Source: Ignicoccus hospitalis KIN4/I (GTDB taxonomy: Archaea; Thermoproteota; Thermoprotei_A; Sulfolobales; Ignicoccaceae). From it: 32,000 nucleotides of DNA. The stretch is taken from assembly GCF_000017945.1 (NCBI RefSeq), contig NC_009776.1, positions 330,001-362,000 on the forward strand. The letters are read 5' to 3'. The position numbers and the translations under genes were made by a program. Positions 23,480 through 31,830 of the stretch are shown here, one piece after another (within the stretch, counting starts at the first letter, position 1; the number at the start of each line of letters is the position of its first letter). Below the pieces are notes generated by a model. The model was not told the DNA's origin. It saw only the letters and a program-made list of their open reading frames with translations, and did no database searches.

Positions 23480-24813
23480 AGGCCTACTACCTCCTCGACG
23501 TACTTCGCTGTCCTAGCTATCAACTCTCTAGCCTTTCCCAAGTAACTGCTGGGGTCGCACAGCGCCTCGAGCTCCTCAGAGGTCAAGTACTTGGACAGCT
23601 CGTGCCCCTCCTCCAAGGCCCTCCTTAAGCTCCCGTGAACCCTAATGGCGTCCATCACTACCTTGTGGGCGTCGTTCCTCGCGAGCCCCTTCTCTTTCGT
23701 TAGGTAGATCATTACCCTTTCTGCCAACACCTCGCAGCCGGCCTCCTCTAAGTGCTTCCTTATTGCCTCTTCGTTAATTATAAGCTTGTTTAATAGAGAT
23801 TTGGTAGACTTGAGCTGTTCGTCCACGGTCAAGAAGGCGTGGGGGATGAGCACCCTTTCGGAGGCCGAGTTCGTTAAGTCCCTCTCGTGCCACAAGGGCA
23901 CGTTCTCGAGCTCCCCCAAGACCAAGGACCTCATCACCTTCGCGAGCCCAGATATCTTCTCGGAGGTCACGGGGTTGGCCTTGTGGGGCATGGTGCTGGA
24001 GCCAACTTGTCCCCTCCTCACCCCCTCCACCAGCTCCCTTATCTCCGGCCTGCTGAGCTCCCTCACCTCCAAGGCAAACCTGTCCAGTACGGACGAGAGT
24101 ATAGCCAAGTCCGCCAAGAGCTCGGCGAAGCCGTCCCTGGGGGCCACTTGGGTCGTTATGGGGTGCGGAGGGAGCTTGAGCTCCTCGGAGACGAGCCTCT
24201 CCACCTCGAAGGCCTTCTCGCCCCAAGCGGCCATGGTCCCCACGGCGCCGCTCATCTTCAGCCTCACCACCCTCCTCTCGGCCTCCTTCAGCCTCTCGTA
24301 GCTCCTAGCCAGCTCGTAGGCGTAGTTTGCGAACTTGAAGCCCAAGGTTATGGGGACGGCCCACTGGCCGTGGGTCCTACCTACCATGGGCAAGTCCGCG
24401 TACTCCTCGCTTATTTCGAGGAACTTCTTGATTATCTCCTTTAAGTCTTTATACACCTTAGCTAGGGCGTCCCTTATTATCAAGGCCCAAGCGGTGTCCA
24501 CCACGTCGTAGCTCGTGGCCCCCAAGTGCAAGTACTTACCAGCGGTCTTGGTCCTCCTCCTGAGGGCCTCTAAGAAGGCCATTACGTCGTGGCCTAACTC
24601 CCTCTCCAGCTCCTCTACCTCCTCGACCGTCACCTCCTCCGCGGCCCTCAAGACCTCCTCCGGGTCCACCTCCTCCGGGACCTCCCCGACCTCCTTCAAC
24701 GCCTTCAGCAACGCATACTCTACCAACGCCATCTTCTTCAAGCGCTCCTCTTGGGACATTATCTTCCTCATCTCTTCGCTGCCGTACCTCCACTGGAACG
24801 GGCAGACGTGCAA
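23476..24813 (-). CDS. purB: Adenylosuccinate lyase
   Basis: N-terminus RYGSEEMRKIMSQEERL. Fumarate-lyase signature GSSTMPHKANPVTSE. MVGRTHGQWAVPITLG. Confidence 0.9.
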   Translation of the reverse strand: MHVCPFQWRYGSEEMRKIMSQEERLKKMALVEYALLKALKEVGEVPEEVDPEEVLRAAEEVTVEEVEELERELGHDVMAFLEALRRRTKTAGKYLHLGATSYDVVDTAWALIIRDALAKVYKDLKEIIKKFLEISEEYADLPMVGRTHGQWAVPITLGFKFANYAYELARSYERLKEAERRVVRLKMSGAVGTMAAWGEKAFEVERLVSEELKLPPHPITTQVAPRDGFAELLADLAILSSVLDRFALEVRELSRPEIRELVEGVRRGQVGSSTMPHKANPVTSEKISGLAKVMRSLVLGELENVPLWHERDLTNSASERVLIPHAFLTVDEQLKSTKSLLNKLIINEEAIRKHLEEAGCEVLAERVMIYLTKEKGLARNDAHKVVMDAIRVHGSLRRALEEGHELSKYLTSEELEALCDPSSYLGKARELIARTAKYVEEVVGL

Positions 24814-24846
24814 GGCGACCGCCGGGGAGGGGGCGGCGATGGAGTA

Positions 24847-25191
24847 ATGAAGGCGAAGGGCGAGGGTCTAGGGGAAGGGGCGTTGATAGTCATCTTGACC
24901 ACTTTCGGGAACGAAGAAGACGCCAAGAAAGTGGCAAGGACCTTGGTAGAGGAGGGGCTCGTCGCTTGCGCTTGGGTTACCCAAAAGGTGAGGAGCTTCT
25001 ACGTGTGGAAGGGCAAGCTGGAGGAGGACGAGGAGGTGGTAGTAGTATTGAAGGCTCCTAAGAAGACGTTTGAGAAGGCAGTAAAGAGGCTGAGGGAGCT
25101 TCACCCCTACGAGGTGCCGGAGATAATTGCCTTCGAGGCTAATTACGTCCTCCCGGAGTACTTGAAGTGGGCTGAGGAGGTTTGCGGCTGA
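24847..25191 (+). CDS. cutA: Divalent-cation tolerance protein CutA
   Basis: ALIVILTTFGNEEDAKKVARTLVEEGLVACAWV...SFYVWKGKLEEDEEVVVVLK...HPYEVPEIIAF is the CutA1 pattern. Start set at ATG 24847. Confidence 0.85.
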   Translation: MKAKGEGLGEGALIVILTTFGNEEDAKKVARTLVEEGLVACAWVTQKVRSFYVWKGKLEEDEEVVVVLKAPKKTFEKAVKRLRELHPYEVPEIIAFEANYVLPEYLKWAEEVCG

Positions 25192-25469
25192 GGTTCGACG
25201 CCCGCAAGGGGGCCGAGCTGGCTAAGGTCAAACTATCGGAGGAGGAGCTCCAGAGGCTCCAGAAGGACTTAGACGAGATGGCCGAGATGCTCTCCGTGTT
25301 ATTGGACTTAGATTTGGAAGACGTAGAACCGATGTATACACCTTCAGAGGCCCTCAACGCCGCCAGGCCGGACGAGCCCGGGGAGACCTTGGGCGACTCT
25401 TGGATGTACCTCGTGCCGAGGAAGGAGGAACAAGGAGACAAGAAGTTCGTCAAGGCCCCGAGACCATGA
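25182..25469 (+). CDS. gatC: Asp/Glu-tRNA amidotransferase subunit C
   Basis: LAKVKLSEEELQRLQKDLDEMAEMLSVLLDLDLEDVEPMY...NAARPDEP...FVKAP fits the GatC pattern. The TTG start overlaps the 3' end of cutA. Confidence 0.7.
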   Translation: MRLRFDARKGAELAKVKLSEEELQRLQKDLDEMAEMLSVLLDLDLEDVEPMYTPSEALNAARPDEPGETLGDSWMYLVPRKEEQGDKKFVKAPRP

Positions 25470-26566
25470 CGGACATATTCGTAGATATATTCTTCAAAAA
25501 GGTAGAAGGGCTCAAGCCGCCGAGGGGCGACCCGCCGGAGCCCTTGCCGCTCTCCGAGCTCCCGGAGCCGGAAGATGGGGAGGTCGTGGGGGTGGACGGG
25601 GGAGGCGGAGGGGCGAGGCTGGGAGGGCTGAACTTCCTCGTAGCCAGGGCGGTGGCCGTGGGGGAGGGTTACTTGGACAAGGACCTAGAAGTGGAGGCCC
25701 TCCAGTGGGACAGCTCCGCGGCGCTGGAGGCGATGAGGAGCTCAATGGAGCTCAAGCTAGCCTCCCGCTCCCCCCGTACGACCTTCGTTGACGGCTCCGC
25801 GTACACGGAGCTTGTTAAGTGGGTCGCCAGAGTGGTGAGGGTAGCCAGGGGGACGGCGAAGCTCTCCGAAATAGTCGCCTTACCCAAGACGTTGGAGGCC
25901 TTGTACTACTGGCAAGAGTTGGCCAAGAGGGAGGACGTAGCCTTCGTCTCCAAGCACCCCATGGTCAAGACCTTCAGAGAGTACCTAGAGGTAAAGAAGC
26001 GCGGGGGAAAGGTCTTCGAAAAGTACGTCCGGGGGAAGCTGACTACGAAGGAGTTGAAGGAACTGATCAAGAAACCCGTGGTGCCCGACGCGGAGTCCTT
26101 GAGAGGGGAGGGGGTGACCTTCGGCCTCGCCTTGGGCCTCCCGGAGGGTGCGAGGAACTTGCTCTTGCCCCGCAGGTGGAAGGCAATAATGGAGATGGCC
26201 TTAGAAAACTACAGGTTATACGTAGGCGAGGAGCCGGAAGCGAAGCTCCCGGAGGACTTGTGCTTCTCCAAGGCCCCCGTGGCTTGGTGGGCCAGCTACG
26301 GGCGCTGGAAGGTCTTGGTGGAGGAGTTCTCGGGGAAGCCCTTGTGCCTCTCGAGGTATAGGGAGGAGGTGTCGGAGAGGCCCAAGAACTTGGGCGCCCT
26401 GTTGGCCGGCTCCGGAAGCACTTACAACGCTTGGTTAGCCTTGGCGCACGGCCTCAGCACCTTGAAGGGGGAGCAGTTAATGGAGTACATAAAGATCATT
26501 GGAGTTAAGTTGGGTATAAGCGTTGACGAAGTGAGAGAAGACCTAATATACTTGATGCGCGGGTGA
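25466..26566 (+). CDS. NurA-domain-like (RNase H-fold nuclease-like) protein, function unknown
   Basis: VVGVDGGGGG...FLVARAVAV (cf. NurA motif I, xAxDGS plus a beta-strand), MRSSMELKLA (conserved Glu), TTFVDGSAY (cf. the DGSL motif). The ATG overlaps the gatC stop (ATGA). The assignment rests on motif memory only. Confidence 0.4.
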   Translation: MTDIFVDIFFKKVEGLKPPRGDPPEPLPLSELPEPEDGEVVGVDGGGGGARLGGLNFLVARAVAVGEGYLDKDLEVEALQWDSSAALEAMRSSMELKLASRSPRTTFVDGSAYTELVKWVARVVRVARGTAKLSEIVALPKTLEALYYWQELAKREDVAFVSKHPMVKTFREYLEVKKRGGKVFEKYVRGKLTTKELKELIKKPVVPDAESLRGEGVTFGLALGLPEGARNLLLPRRWKAIMEMALENYRLYVGEEPEAKLPEDLCFSKAPVAWWASYGRWKVLVEEFSGKPLCLSRYREEVSERPKNLGALLAGSGSTYNAWLALAHGLSTLKGEQLMEYIKIIGVKLGISVDEVREDLIYLMRG

Positions 26567-26581
26567 CCGACGGGGCCCGAG

Positions 26582-26824
26582 GTGCTGAACGCCCACTTCC
26601 AAGACTATATAATCGTGACTAACCCGGGCGACGTGATAAACCCGTACCAGACGCTGGCCACCCAAGGCATACTCACCCCTCTCCAAAACCTAATACAGAA
26701 CACCATAGCGAACTACACGCCGGAGTACATAGTCCCCGCCACGATAATGTACGTGGTAATAGCGATGTTCATACTCGCCTTGTTCCTATACATAGTCACC
26801 AGGATAGTGAGCCCGCTGGTGTGA
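26582..26824 (+). CDS. Hypothetical tail-anchored membrane miniprotein (80 aa)
   Basis: A Q/N/T/I-rich N-terminal part is followed by a single C-terminal TM (ATIMYVVIAMFILALFLYIVTRIV). It starts 15 nt after the NurA-like gene, with a GTG start. Confidence 0.4.
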   Translation: MLNAHFQDYIIVTNPGDVINPYQTLATQGILTPLQNLIQNTIANYTPEYIVPATIMYVVIAMFILALFLYIVTRIVSPLV

Positions 26825-26828
26825 GGGC

Positions 26829-27134
26829 TTGGCGGTACTCCTAATCCCGGACTGGCTCCTGGTCTTTTCTGCTTACCTAACTGCCCAAGCGTTCTGGTAC
26901 AGGGGGGTGACCTCCCTCATATACAACTTAGTGTACGGGATGAATTACAAGAGCCCTTGCGCGTTCGTTGTGGCGGCCCTCACCCTAACTATAGCGGTGT
27001 TCAACTCTACCGCTGCCCTAGCCTTGGCCTCGGGGGCGCACCTCGCCGAGCCCCTAATCCTCTTCCCCCTCCTCGGCTCCTTCGTCCTCGAACTCCCACT
27101 CCTTTACCTCTTCCTCCAGTGCTTCGTCGGATAA
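26829..27134 (+). CDS. Hypothetical polytopic membrane miniprotein (101 aa)
   Basis: About 3 hydrophobic segments. It starts 4 nt after the previous ORF. The last 27 codons are antisense to the acidic tail of the convergent gene (see findings). Confidence 0.35.
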   Translation: MAVLLIPDWLLVFSAYLTAQAFWYRGVTSLIYNLVYGMNYKSPCAFVVAALTLTIAVFNSTAALALASGAHLAEPLILFPLLGSFVLELPLLYLFLQCFVG

Positions 27135-27575
27135 GATCAAGTAGGCACCGTCCTCCGTGTCCAACAAGAGGGCCTTGAACTGGCCCTTGGGCTTCCCCTC
27201 GTAGACGTAAACCTCCCCGGAGACCTCGTGCCACTTGAGGGAGTTCAAGTCCACCTCCTTAGGGCTCTCCCTCATCACGGCGACCCTCTTGAGCTTGGTG
27301 GGCCACTTGCTGAGCTCCCCCTTGAGCCCCCTCCCCCCGCCGACCCTTATCTCCAGCTTCCCGCTGGTCGCCACGTATTCGACGTAAACGCCTTCAACCC
27401 CCTTCTCCTCCAGTTCTATCAAGTCCTTCATTAAAGCAGTGCTGAGCGCGTCCGCCGAGTCCTTCTTTTTCACGTTAACTTCTACAGTTTCGCTCTTTTT
27501 CAATATCAACACGGGCAGCTTGACGCCGTCCACCTCCACCTCGCCGACCTCGTAGAGCCTCTTGCGTGCCTTCAT
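27054..27575 (-). CDS. Hypothetical protein with a Trp-containing acidic C-terminal tail
   Basis: 173 aa with an ATG start and K/E/V-rich beta-type sequence. The tail is ...EEEVKEWEFEDEGAEEGEED. I recognise no family. Confidence 0.5.
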   Translation of the reverse strand: MKARKRLYEVGEVEVDGVKLPVLILKKSETVEVNVKKKDSADALSTALMKDLIELEEKGVEGVYVEYVATSGKLEIRVGGGRGLKGELSKWPTKLKRVAVMRESPKEVDLNSLKWHEVSGEVYVYEGKPKGQFKALLLDTEDGAYLILSDEALEEEVKEWEFEDEGAEEGEED

Positions 27576-27632
27576 GGTGCGCGGTTCCCGAAAAGTTAAG
27601 TCCTCCCCGCTAAAAGCGGCTCGGGCAGCGAG

Positions 27633-28754
27633 TTGTCGTTCGAAGACCTCACGGCTGAGTCGACATTGAAGTTCGTCTCGAAAGCTAAGTCAATGGCCAG
27701 AGAGATAAGGGCCAACTTGGGGCTGGGGGAGCCCGACAAGAGGCCTCCCCGGAAGCTGGTCGAGCTCCTCCAAGAGGCCTCCCGCGTCAAGCCCACCTAC
27801 TCCCCTCCGGTCGGCCTCCCGGAGGCCCGGGAGGCTGTGGCGGAGTGGCTCTCGGGGCGCTACGGCCTTGATATCTCCCCCAAGGAGGTCATGATAACTC
27901 CCTCGGGGAAGGCCGCCTTGTTCTTGGCTTTGGGCTACGCCTCCACTCGCTACTCTTCCTCCTTGCTCTTCGACCCAACTTACTACAGCTATGAGCCGGT
28001 GTTAAGGGCGTTCGGAGTTAAGGTGAAGAAAGTTAAAATGTTGAGGGACGAGAACTCTTACGTCTTCCCGGAAGTGGAGCTCGGGAAGGAAATAGTGGTC
28101 CTCAACTCGCCCTCCAACCCCACCGGCGCGGTGTTGGGGGCGAGGACCTTGGAGTACGTGGACGAGGCGCTCCGCACGGGGGCCTTGATAGTTTCGGACG
28201 AGGTCTACGACGTCTTCGTCTACGGGAGGAGGCACGTCAGCGTGCTGGAGCACGAGAGGTGGAGGGACGCAGCCATCTTCATTTACAGCTTCAGCAAGGT
28301 GTTGTGCGTCCCCGGGTGGAGGCTCGGGGCGGTGGTGGCTAGGGAAGAGGTGATCGAAAAGCTCGCGGCCGCCGCGTCGAACGTCTACGGCTGCGCTTGC
28401 AAGTGGGAGCAGATAGCCTTGGCCGAGTACTTAAAGAATTACAAGAACGACCTTGAGAACCATATAAAGAACATGGTTGAGGACTATTCGAGGAGGAGGG
28501 AGTTCCTCTTGAAGGAGCTCAAGGAGGTCGCTTCCTTCCCGGGGGTGGGGGAGGGTACCTTCTACGCCTTCCCGGAGTTCCCGAAGGACGCCGATGAGCT
28601 CGCCTTGGAGCTCGCCAAGAGGGGGGTGATAGCTGTCCCGGGGACGGTGTTCTCGGAGGCCTTCGGCAAACGGAGCTTGAGGCTGAGCTTCTCCGCCCCT
28701 TTGGAGGAGTTAAGGGTCGGCCTAGAGACGATTAAGGAAGTCCTCGGGAGTTAA
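27633..28754 (+). CDS. PLP-dependent aminotransferase, class I/II (aspartate-aminotransferase-like)
   Basis: LGLGEPD, YSPPVGLPEAREAVA, NSPSNPTGAV, DEVYD, and the PLP-lysine motif YSFSKVLCVPGWRLG. Confidence 0.85.
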   Translation: MSFEDLTAESTLKFVSKAKSMAREIRANLGLGEPDKRPPRKLVELLQEASRVKPTYSPPVGLPEAREAVAEWLSGRYGLDISPKEVMITPSGKAALFLALGYASTRYSSSLLFDPTYYSYEPVLRAFGVKVKKVKMLRDENSYVFPEVELGKEIVVLNSPSNPTGAVLGARTLEYVDEALRTGALIVSDEVYDVFVYGRRHVSVLEHERWRDAAIFIYSFSKVLCVPGWRLGAVVAREEVIEKLAAAASNVYGCACKWEQIALAEYLKNYKNDLENHIKNMVEDYSRRREFLLKELKEVASFPGVGEGTFYAFPEFPKDADELALELAKRGVIAVPGTVFSEAFGKRSLRLSFSAPLEELRVGLETIKEVLGS

Positions 28755-28801
28755 ATAGGAGAGGTTAAAGAGGCTCGGTTGTCAGAAGGCGGGAGCGGCC
28801 C

Positions 28802-29692
28802 TTGTGCGGCATCGCCGGTATAATGTTTAGTGACGGCAAGAAGGAGGTAGGCGAGCAACTTTACGAGATGCTCAAGAGCTTGCAGCACAGGGGGATGGAC
28901 TCGGCCGGCGTCATCGTTTACGACGACAAGCCCGGCGACTGGCTCGTGCGCGTGGTGGCGGAGGACGGCGAGGAGGCGTTGAGCAAGATAAAGTATAGGC
29001 TAAACGTCAGCAAGTACGAGAAGCCCAAGAAGCTGAACGACGGGACCTACTTGATCGAGTTCACCGTCCCCCGGTCGGTCAAATTGGAGGAAATTAGGGA
29101 AGTGATAAGGAAGTTGAAGTATCCCATACTTTCGTTGGGCAGATACTCAGTCATCTCTAAGGACGTGGGTTTGGTGGACGACGTGAACAGGGTTTACGGC
29201 TTCAAGGAGCAGCTGGGCACCCACGGCATAGGGCACGTGAGGTTCTCCACGGAGAGCGCGGTGGACGCGATTCACGCCCACCCCTTCCAGACTCCGGAGT
29301 TCCCGGACATCGCGATAGTCCACAACGGCCAGATAACCAACTACTGGAAGATGAGGGAGCTGTTGGAGCTGGAGGGCCACGTGTTCCAGACTGACAACGA
29401 CTCGGAGCTCATTATACACTACATAGTGAATAAGTTGAGGAAGGGGTACGAGCTGGAAGAAGCTCTCAAGTCTGCCGTAAACGACCTGGACGGCCCGTTC
29501 GCCTTCTTGCTCTCCATGCCGGAGGGCATAGGCATGGCGAGGGACAGGCTGGGGTTAAGGCCTTTAGTGGTCGCTGAGGGCGACGGGGTGCTCGCGGCCG
29601 CCTCGGAGGAGGTGGCCATTAGGAAGATCTTACCCGAGTCCAAGATATACTACATGAGGCCCGGAGAGGTGAGAGTATGGATGAGGCAATAA
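28802..29692 (+). CDS. Archaeal glutamate synthase, class-II (Ntn) glutamine amidotransferase subunit
   Basis: N-terminal MCGIAGI (Cys1 nucleophile), LQHRGMDSAGV, GIGHVRFST, VHNGQITNY, DSE. It overlaps the next gene by 16 nt. Confidence 0.85.
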   Translation: MCGIAGIMFSDGKKEVGEQLYEMLKSLQHRGMDSAGVIVYDDKPGDWLVRVVAEDGEEALSKIKYRLNVSKYEKPKKLNDGTYLIEFTVPRSVKLEEIREVIRKLKYPILSLGRYSVISKDVGLVDDVNRVYGFKEQLGTHGIGHVRFSTESAVDAIHAHPFQTPEFPDIAIVHNGQITNYWKMRELLELEGHVFQTDNDSELIIHYIVNKLRKGYELEEALKSAVNDLDGPFAFLLSMPEGIGMARDRLGLRPLVVAEGDGVLAAASEEVAIRKILPESKIYYMRPGEVRVWMRQ

Positions 29693-31830
29693 TAGACGCC
29701 TCCGCGCTGACCCCGAGGGAAATAAACAAGAAGCTGAGGGAGTACGCCAAGCAGTACAAGAGGATCATAATTAGAAACCCCAACGCCAAGCATTACATAG
29801 CCGCCGGCCTGACCGCGGACGTGGAAGTGGTGGTGGAGGGGAGCGCGGGCTACTTCTTGGGCACTATGATACACGGGCCCAAGCTGTTGCTCTTGGGCAA
29901 CGCCGGCTGGTACGCCGGGGACAACATGACCATGGGAGAGGTGGTGATCGAGGGGCACGCGGGCAACGGGGCCGGGCAGTACATGTACGGGGGCACGGTG
30001 GTGGTCAAGGGCGACGTGGGCGACCGCTCCGGGGCTCTGATGAAGGGAGGGAGGGTCTTGGTGGCCGGCGACGCCGGCCTGATGACAGGCCTCTACATGA
30101 TGGGCGGCGAGATGGTCGTCTTGGGGGACATAAACGACTACGCGGGGGAGATGATAATAAGGGGCAAGATCTTCGTGGGGGGCTCCCCGAAGAGCTTGGG
30201 CAAGAACGCCAAGATAGAGGAGGCTCCCCAGGAGGAGGTCGAGAGGGTAAACGAGCTCTTGAGGAAGTACGGCCTCCCCACGAAGGACAGCTTCTACGTG
30301 ATCACCCCCAAGAGCTTGAGGCCCGTTTACAAGGCCTCCGGCGGAGTCCCCGCCATGAAGAACTTGATGCCCAAGTATAGGGTAGAGTTCAAGTACGACA
30401 TCTGTATAGGTTGTGGCACTTGTGCTATGGTTTGTCCGGAGAACGTGATTAAGATGAAGGGCTACAAGCCCGTTGCAGCTAGGGAGGCTGACTGCATAGG
30501 CTGCTACGCGTGCGTGAACTACTGCCCCACCGACGCGGTTAAAGTGGAGAGGGTGGCAGAGAGCCTCACCAATAGGGCCAGGATAGACGCGAGCACCTTC
30601 AATTACATAAGGAAGATGGCCTCCTTGGGCCACCCCCCTGTGGTGGGGATGGGGGCGGAGAACAAGTACTTCCCCTCGTTGGACCAGCTCACCTTCATCC
30701 CCGGCCAGACCTCCAGGCCGCCCATAGACAGCTACCGCGAGCCTTGTGACACCGAGGTCGTCTTGGGGGACCGCTTCGCGGAGAGGCCCTTGAAGCTGAA
30801 GGCCCCGATACTGATAGGCGCGATGAGCTTCGGCTCGGTGAGCAAGGAGGTAAAGGTGGCGCTCGCCAAGGCCGCCGGTAGGCTGGGGATCGCCGCCAAC
30901 ACCGGGGAGGGCGGGATGCTTCCGGAAGAGAGGAAGTACGCCTCCGTCCTCATAGTCCAGTACGCCTCCGGGAGGTTCGGGGTCTCCGCGAGCTACTTGA
31001 GGGCCGGGGACGCGGTGGAGATCAAGATAGGCCAAGGCGCCAAGCCCGGCATGGGAGGGCTCTTATTGGGCGAGAAGGTTACTGAGGACATCGCGAAGAT
31101 GAGGGGCATACCGGTCGGGGCGGACGCCATAAGCCCCGCTAGGCACTTGGACATAGTAGGTCCTGAGGACTTGAAGATGAAGATAGAGCAGCTCAGGGAG
31201 ATAACGGACTGGAAGGTACCCATCATAGTTAAGTACGCGGCCGGCAGGGTGGCGGACGACGTGAAGATAGCTGCTAAGGCGGGGGCGGACATAATAGTGA
31301 TAGACGGGAAGCCCTCCGGCACCGGGGCCACGCCTTACATAGTGACCGAGCACACCGGCTACGCGACCATGGCGGCCACCGTGGAGGCCCACAGGGCGTT
31401 GAAGGAGATAGGGATGAGGGACGAGGTCAGCTTGGTGGTCGGCGGGGGCATAAAGACCGGCGCTGACGCCGCGAAGGTGCTCGCCCTCGGGGCCGACGCG
31501 GTCATGATAGCCTCCTCCACCTTAGTGCCCATAGGTTGTACCTACTGCGGCACGTGTCACAACGGCAAGTGCCCCTACGGCATAGCCACTCAGAGGCCAG
31601 AGCTCCGGAGGAGGATCAACGTGGAGCTCGCCGCGAAGAGGATAGAGAACTACTTAAGAGCCTTCATAGAGGAGATGTGTATGTTCGCCCAGCTGGCGGG
31701 CAAGAGCAAGCTATCTAACTTGGAGAAGGAGGACTTGAGGGCACTGACGTTCGAGGCCTCTCTGCTGACCGGCGTGAAGCTCATGGGCGTGGAGAGGCCC
31801 GCCTCCGAGCTCTTGAGGGAGGACATATAA
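29677..31830 (+). CDS. Archaeal glutamate synthase large protein: GXGXG domain + 2x[4Fe-4S] ferredoxin insert + FMN/Glu-synthase TIM-barrel domain
   Basis: GXGXG beta-helix repeats (GNAGWYAGDNMTMGEVVIEGHAGNGAGQYMYGGTVVVKGDVGDRSGALMKGGRVLVAGDAG...). Two CxxCxxCxxxCP motifs (CIGCGTCAMVCP, CIGCYACVNYCP). FMN-domain motifs (GAMSFGS, ANTGEGG, EIKIGQGAKPGMGG, GGGIKTGADAAKVLALGAD). Confidence 0.9.
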   Translation: MDEAIIDASALTPREINKKLREYAKQYKRIIIRNPNAKHYIAAGLTADVEVVVEGSAGYFLGTMIHGPKLLLLGNAGWYAGDNMTMGEVVIEGHAGNGAGQYMYGGTVVVKGDVGDRSGALMKGGRVLVAGDAGLMTGLYMMGGEMVVLGDINDYAGEMIIRGKIFVGGSPKSLGKNAKIEEAPQEEVERVNELLRKYGLPTKDSFYVITPKSLRPVYKASGGVPAMKNLMPKYRVEFKYDICIGCGTCAMVCPENVIKMKGYKPVAAREADCIGCYACVNYCPTDAVKVERVAESLTNRARIDASTFNYIRKMASLGHPPVVGMGAENKYFPSLDQLTFIPGQTSRPPIDSYREPCDTEVVLGDRFAERPLKLKAPILIGAMSFGSVSKEVKVALAKAAGRLGIAANTGEGGMLPEERKYASVLIVQYASGRFGVSASYLRAGDAVEIKIGQGAKPGMGGLLLGEKVTEDIAKMRGIPVGADAISPARHLDIVGPEDLKMKIEQLREITDWKVPIIVKYAAGRVADDVKIAAKAGADIIVIDGKPSGTGATPYIVTEHTGYATMAATVEAHRALKEIGMRDEVSLVVGGGIKTGADAAKVLALGADAVMIASSTLVPIGCTYCGTCHNGKCPYGIATQRPELRRRINVELAAKRIENYLRAFIEEMCMFAQLAGKSKLSNLEKEDLRALTFEASLLTGVKLMGVERPASELLREDI

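Noticed and set aside
25577-25627. A dense cluster of six G-runs (G3 to G5) on the plus strand that formally matches a G-quadruplex motif.
   Set aside because: It coincides with Gly-rich coding sequence (VVGVDGGGGGARLGGL) in a GC-rich genome, and codon choice explains it fully. I have no evidence for a regulatory role. It could be tested with G4 prediction or CD spectroscopy, but I do not rate it as a finding.
29650-31035. A 461-aa ORF on the minus strand, opposite the glutamate synthase gene.
   Set aside because: Its composition is low-complexity and rich in Gly, Pro, Arg, His and Leu, with no motifs. It lies entirely antisense to a gene with unambiguous domain signatures. This is the typical stop-codon-poor antisense frame of GC-rich DNA. 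The same reasoning applies to 16720-17490 (antisense to rtcB), 17796-18854 (antisense to the antiporter), 5440-6057, 3398-3916, 618-1016, 8298-8654, 25819-26361 and the other short overlapping ORFs in the track.
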